Below, in pieces: positions 26,901-32,900 of a stretch of 64,000 nt of DNA. Each line of letters begins with the position of its first letter. Position 1 is the first letter of the stretch. The stretch covers positions 62,001-126,000 of the forward strand of contig OZ251253.1 of assembly GCA_965240325.2 (NCBI GenBank). Reading direction: 5' to 3'. Source of the stretch: Rebecca billardiae RCC1528 (Eukaryota > Protista > Haptophyta). Below the pieces are notes generated by a model. The model made no database searches and had not been told where the DNA came from. It was given only the letters and a program-made list of their open reading frames with translations. Both the position numbers and the translations under genes were made by a program.

Positions 26901-29900
26901 GGTGACGGCGGCGGTGACGGCGGCGGGCTCGGAGGTGGGCTCGGCGGCGGCGACGGCGGCGGCGACGGCGGCGGAGACGGCGGCGGAGACGGCGGCGGGG
27001 ACGGCGGCGGAGACGGCGGCGGGGACGGCGGCGGGCTCGGAGGCGGGCTCGGAGGCGGGCTCGGCGGAGGGCTCGGCGGCGGCGAAGGCGGTGGGCTCGG
27101 CGGCGGGCTAGGCGGAGGGCTCGGCGGCGGACTTGGCGGTGGGCTCGGCGGTGGTGACGGCGGTGGGCTCGGTGGCGGGCTCGGCGGCGGGGATGGCGGC
27201 GGGCTCGGCGGCGGGCTCGGTGGCGGCGAGGGCGGCGGGCTCGGTGGTGGGCTGGGCGGGGGCGACGGCGGCGGGCTCGGCGGGGGGCTCGGCGGGGGCG
27301 ACGGCGGCGGGCTTGGCGGCGGTGACGGCGGCGGTGACGGTGGCGGGCTCGGAGGTGGGCTCGGCGGCGGCGACGGCGGCGGCGACGGCGGCGGAGACGG
27401 CGGCGGAGACGGCGGCGGGGACGGCGGCGGAGACGGCGGCGGGGACGGCGGCGGGCTCGGAGGCGGGCTCGGAGGCGGGCTCGGCGGCGGGCTCGGCGGC
27501 GGCGAAGGCGGTGGGCTCGGCGGCGGGCTAGGCGGAGGGCTCGGCGGCGGACTAGGCGGTGGGCTCGGTGGTGGTGACGGCGGTGGGCTCGGTGGCGGGG
27601 ATGGCGGCGGGGATGGCGGCGGGCTCGGCGGCGGGCTTGGCGGCGGCGAAGGTGGCGGAGACGGCGGTGGGCTGGGGGGCGGTGACGGCGGCGGTGAGGG
27701 CGGCGGGCTCGGTGGCGGGCTTGGCGGCGGCGAGGGCGGCGGGCTCGGTGGTGGGCTGGGCGGGGGCGAGGGAGGCGGGCTGGGCGGTGGGCTCGGTGGT
27801 GGCGACGGCGGCGGGCTTGGCGGCGGCGAAGGTGGCGGCGACGGCGGCGGGCTGGGCGGTGGTGACGGCGGCGGTGACGGCGGCGGGCTCGGAGGTGGGC
27901 TCGGCGGCGGCGACGGCGGCGGCGACGGCGGCGGAGACGGCGGCGGAGACGGCGGCGGGGACGGCGGCGGAGACGGCGGCGGGGACGGCGGCGGGCTCGG
28001 AGGCGGGCTCGGAGGCGGGCTCGGCGGAGGGCTCGGCGGCGGCGAAGGCGGTGGGCTCGGCGGCGGGCTAGGCGGAGGGCTCGGCGGCGGACTTGGCGGT
28101 GGGCTCGGCGGTGGTGACGGCGGTGGGCTCGGTGGCGGGCTCGGCGGCGGGGATGGCGGCGGGCTCGGCGGCGGGCTCGGTGGCGGCGAGGGCGGCGGGC
28201 TCGGTGGTGGGCTGGGCGGGGGCGACGGCGGCGGGCTCGGCGGGGGGCTCGGCGGGGGCGATGGCGGCGGGCTTGGCGGCGGTGACGGCGGCGGTGACGG
28301 TGGCGGGCTCGGAGGTGGGCTCGGCGGCGGCGACGGCGGCGGCGACGGCGGCGGAGACGGCGGCGGAGACGGCGGCGGGGACGGCGGCGGAGACGGCGGC
28401 GGGGACGGCGGCGGGCTCGGAGGCGGGCTCGGAGGCGGGCTCGGCGGAGGGCTCGGCGGCGGCGAAGGCGGTGGGCTCGGCGGCGGGCTAGGCGGAGGGC
28501 TCGGCGGCGGACTAGGCGGTGGGCTCGGTGGTGGTGACGGCGGTGGGCTCGGTGGCGGGGATGGCGGCGGGGATGGCGGCGGGCTCGGCGGCGGGCTTGG
28601 CGGCGGCGAAGGTGGCGGAGACGGCGGTGGGCTGGGCGGCGGTGACGGCGGCGGTGAGGGCGGCGGGCTCGGTGGCGGGCTTGGCGGCGGCGAGGGCGGC
28701 GGGCTCGGTGGTGGGCTGGGCGGGGGCGAGGGAGGCGGGCTGGGCGGTGGGCTCGGTGGTGGCGACGGCGGCGGGCTTGGCGGCGGCGAAGGTGGCGGCG
28801 ATGGCGGCGGGCTGGGCGGCGGTGATGGCGGCGGTGATGGCGGCGGGCTCGGAGGTGGGCTTGGCGGCGGCGACGGCGGCGGCGACGGCGGCGGAGACGG
28901 CGGCGGAGACGGCGGCGGGGACGGCGGCGGAGACGGCGGCGGGGACGGCGGCGGGCTCGGAGGCGGGCTCGGAGGCGGACTCGGCGGCGGGCTCGGCGGC
29001 GGCGAAGGCGGTGGGCTCGGCGGCGGACTCGGCGGAGGGCTCGGCGGCGGACTAGGCGGTGGGCTCGGCGGTGGTGACGGCGGTGGGCTCGGCGGCGGGC
29101 TCGGCGGCGGTGAGGGTGGCGGGCTCGGGGGCGGGCTTGGCGGCGGCGAGGGCGGCGGGCTCGGTGGTGGGCTGGGCGGGGGCGAAGGCGGCGGGCTCGG
29201 CGGGGGGCTCGGCGGGGGCGACGGCGGCGGGCTTGGCGGCGGTGACGGCGGCGGTGACGGTGGTGGGCTCGGAGGTGGGCTCGGCGGCGGTGACGGCGGC
29301 GGGGATGGCGGCGGGCTCGGCGGCGGGCTCGGAGGCGGCGAAGGTGGTGGGCTAGGCGGCGGGCTAGGGGGAGGGCTCGGTGGCGGGGATGGCGGCGGCG
29401 ATGGTGGCGGGCTCGGCGGCGGCGAGGGAGGGGGGCTCGGCGGCGGCGAAGGCGGCGGACTTGGCGGTGGCGAAGGCGGCGGGCTGGGCGGCGGGCTGGG
29501 CGGCGGGCTCGGCGGCGGGCTGGGCGGCGGGCTGGGCGGCGGCGACGGCGGCGGGCTCGGCGGTGGGCTCGGCGGAGGGCTCGGCGGCGGTGAAGGCGGC
29601 GGGCTCGGCGGTGGTGATGGCGGAGGGCTCGGTGGCGGTGATGGCGGCGGGCTCGGCGGAGGGCTCGGTGGCGGTGAAGGCGGCGGACTGGGCGGCGGCG
29701 AAGGCGGGGGGCTTGGGGGCGGGCTTGGTGGCGGCGAAGGCGGCGGGCGCGGAGGAGGGCTGGGCGGCGGAGACGGCGGCGGAGACGGCGGCGGCGACGG
29801 CGGCGGAGACGGAGGCGGAGACGGCGGAGGGCTTGGCGGAGGGCTCGGCGGCGGCGACGGCGGCGGGCTTGGCGGAGGGCTCGGCGGCGGCCTTGGTGGT

Positions 29901-32900
29901 GGGCTCGGCGGCGGGCTTGGAGGTGGCGATGGCGGAGGGCTCGGCGGCGGCGAGGGCGGAGGGCTCGGCGGCGGGCGCGGTGGCGGGGAGGGCGGCGGGG
30001 ACGGCGGCGGGCTTGGCGGCGGTGAGGGCGGTGGGCTAGGCGGCGGCGACGGCGGCGGGGACGGAGGCGGGCTCGGCGGAGGGCTCGGTGGCGGGGATGG
30101 CGGTGGGCTCGGCGGCGGACTCGGCGGTGGAGACGGAGGCGGGCTTGGCGGTGGCGGGCTGGGCGGAGGGCTCGGCGGCGGGCTCGGAGGGGGCGACGGC
30201 GGTGGGCTCGGCGGCGGCGAGGGCGGCGGGCTCGGCGGCGGGCTCGGCGGCGGGCTCGGCGGCGGGCTCGGCGGCGGGCTCGGCGGTGGGCTCGGCGGCG
30301 GGCTCGGCGGCGGGCTCGGCGGCGGCGATGGCGGCGGGCTCGGAGGTGGCGGGCTCGGCGGCGGGCTCGGCGGCGGAGACGGCGGCGGTGACGGCGGCGG
30401 AGACGGCGGCGGGCTCGGCGGCGGGCTCGGCGGCGGAGACGGCGGCGGAGAAGGCGGCGGGCTCGGCGGCGGCGAGGGCGGCGGGCTCGGCGGAGGGCTC
30501 GGCGGCGGCCTTGGTGGTGGGCTCGGCGGCGGGCTTGGAGGTGGCGATGGCGGAGGGCTCGGCGGCGGCGAGGGCGGAGGGCTCGGCGGCGGGCGCGGTG
30601 GCGGGGAGGGCGGCGGGGACGGCGGCGGGCTTGGCGGCGGTGAGGGCGGTGGGCTAGGCGGCGGCGACGGCGGCGGGGATGGAGGCGGGCTCGGCGGAGG
30701 GCTCGGTGGCGGGGATGGCGGCGGGCTCGGCGGCGGACTCGGCGGTGGAGACGGGGGCGGGCTCGGCGGTGGCGGGCTGGGCGGAGGGCTCGGCGGCGGG
30801 CTCGGAGGCGGCGACGGCGGTGGGCTCGGCGGCGGCGAGGGCGGCGGGCTCGGCGGCGGGCTCGGCGGCGGGCTCGGTGGCGGGCTCGGCGGCGGGCTCG
30901 GCGGTGGGCTCGGCGGCGGGCTGGGCGGCGGGCTCGGCGGTGGCGATGGCGGCGGGCTCGGAGGTGGCGGGCTCGGCGGCGGGCTCGGCGGCGGGCTCGG
31001 CGGCGGTGAGGGCGGCGGGCTCGGCGGCGGGCTCGGTGGCGGGCTCGGCGGCGGAGACGGCGGCGGGCTCGGTGGCGGGCTCGGCGGAGGGCTCGGTGGC
31101 GGGGATGGCGGCGGGCTCGGCGGCGGACTCGGCGGTGGAGACGGAGGCGGGCTCGGCGGTGGCGGGCTTGGCGGAGGGCTCGGCGGCGGGGACGGTGGCG
31201 GCGACGGCGGGGGGCTCGGCGGAGGCGAGGGCGGCGGGCTCGGCGGCGGGCTCGGCGGCGGGCTCGGGGGCGGGCTCGGCGGCGGGCTCGGCGGTGGGCT
31301 CGGCGGCGGGCTGGGCGGCGGGCTCGGCGGTGGCGATGGCGGCGGGCTCGGAGGTGGCGGGCTCGGCGGCGGGCTCGGCGGCGGGCTCGGCGGCGGTGAG
31401 GGCGGCGGGCTCGGGGGCGGCGACGGCGGCGGTGACGGTGGCGGACTCGGTGGCGGGCTCGGTGGCGGCGAGGGCGGCGGGCTCGGCGGCGGGCTCGGCG
31501 GCGGGCTCGGAGGAGGGCTCGGAGGAGGGCTCGGCGGCGGGCTCGGCGGCGGCGGGCTCGGCGGCGGCGACGGTGGCGGGCTCGGCGGCGGGCTGGGAGG
31601 AGGCGACGGGGGCGGGCTCGGCGGCGGGCTGGGCGGCGGGCTGGGCGGTGGGCTCGGCGGCGGGCTCGGCGGTGGACTGGGTGGCGGGGAGGGCGGCGGG
31701 CTGGGCGGCGGGCTCGGTGGTGGCGACGGCGGCGGGCTCGGGGGCGGTGGGCTCGGCGGCGGGCTGGGCGGCGGGCTGGGCGGTGGCGATGGCGGCGGTG
31801 AAGGCGGCGGCGACGGCGGCGGGCTCGGCGGCGGGCTCGGTGGCGGACTCGGTGGCGGTGAGGGCGGGGGGCTCGGCGGCGGGCTCGGCGGCGGGCTTGG
31901 CGGCGGGCTTGGCGGAGGCGACGGCGGCGGGCTCGGCGGCGGCGGGCTCGGCGGAGGCGAAGGTGGCGGGCTGGGCGGCGGGCTCGGCGGCGGGCTCGGC
32001 GGCGGGCTCGGCGGCGGGCTGGGCGGCGGGCTCGGCGGCGGGCTCGGCGGCGGGCTCGGCGGCGGCGACGGCGGCGGGCTCGGCGGCGGTGGGCTCGGCG
32101 GCGGGCTCGGCGGCGGGCTCGGCGGCGGGCTCGGCGGCGGGCTCGGCGGCGGACTCGGCGGTGGGCTCGGCGGTGGACTGGGCGGCGGGCTCGGCGGCGG
32201 GCTCGGCGGTGGGCTCGGCGGCGGACTCGGCGGAGGAGAGGGTGGCGGGCTCGGCGGCGGGGAGGGCGGCGGGCTCGGCGGCGGCGGGCTCGGCGGCGGG
32301 CTGGGCGGAGGGCTCGGCGGCGGCGACGGCGGCGGGGACGGGGGAGGGCTCGGCGGCGGCGATGGCGGCGGGCTGGGCGGCGGACTCGGCGGCGGGCTCG
32401 GCGGCGGGCTCGGCGGCGGGCTCGGCGGCGGGCTCGGCGGCGGCGGGCTCGGCGGCGGGCTCGGCGGCGGGCTCGGCGGCGGGCTCGGCGGCGGCGATGG
32501 CGGCGGGCTCGGCGGCGGGCTCGGTGGCGGCGACGGCGGTGGGCTCGGCGGCGGCGGGCTCGGCGGAGGGCTCGGCGGCGGCGAAGGCGGTGGGCTGGGA
32601 GGCGGCGAGGGCGGCGGGCTCGGCGGCGGGATCGGTGGCGGCGACGGCGGCGGGCTTGGAGGCGGCGACGGCGGTGGCGATGGTGGTGGTGACGGCGGCG
32701 GGCTGGGCGGCGGCGGGCTGGGCGGCGGCGAGGGCGGCGGGCTCGGCGGCGGCGATGGCGGCGGCGACGGCGGCGGGCTCGGCGGGGGCGACGGCGGCGG
32801 GCTCGGCGGCGGCGGGCTCGGCGGCGGGCTCGGCGGCGGGCTCGGCGGCGGGCTCGGCGGCGGACTCGGCGGCGGACTCGGCGGTGGGCTCGGCGGCGGA

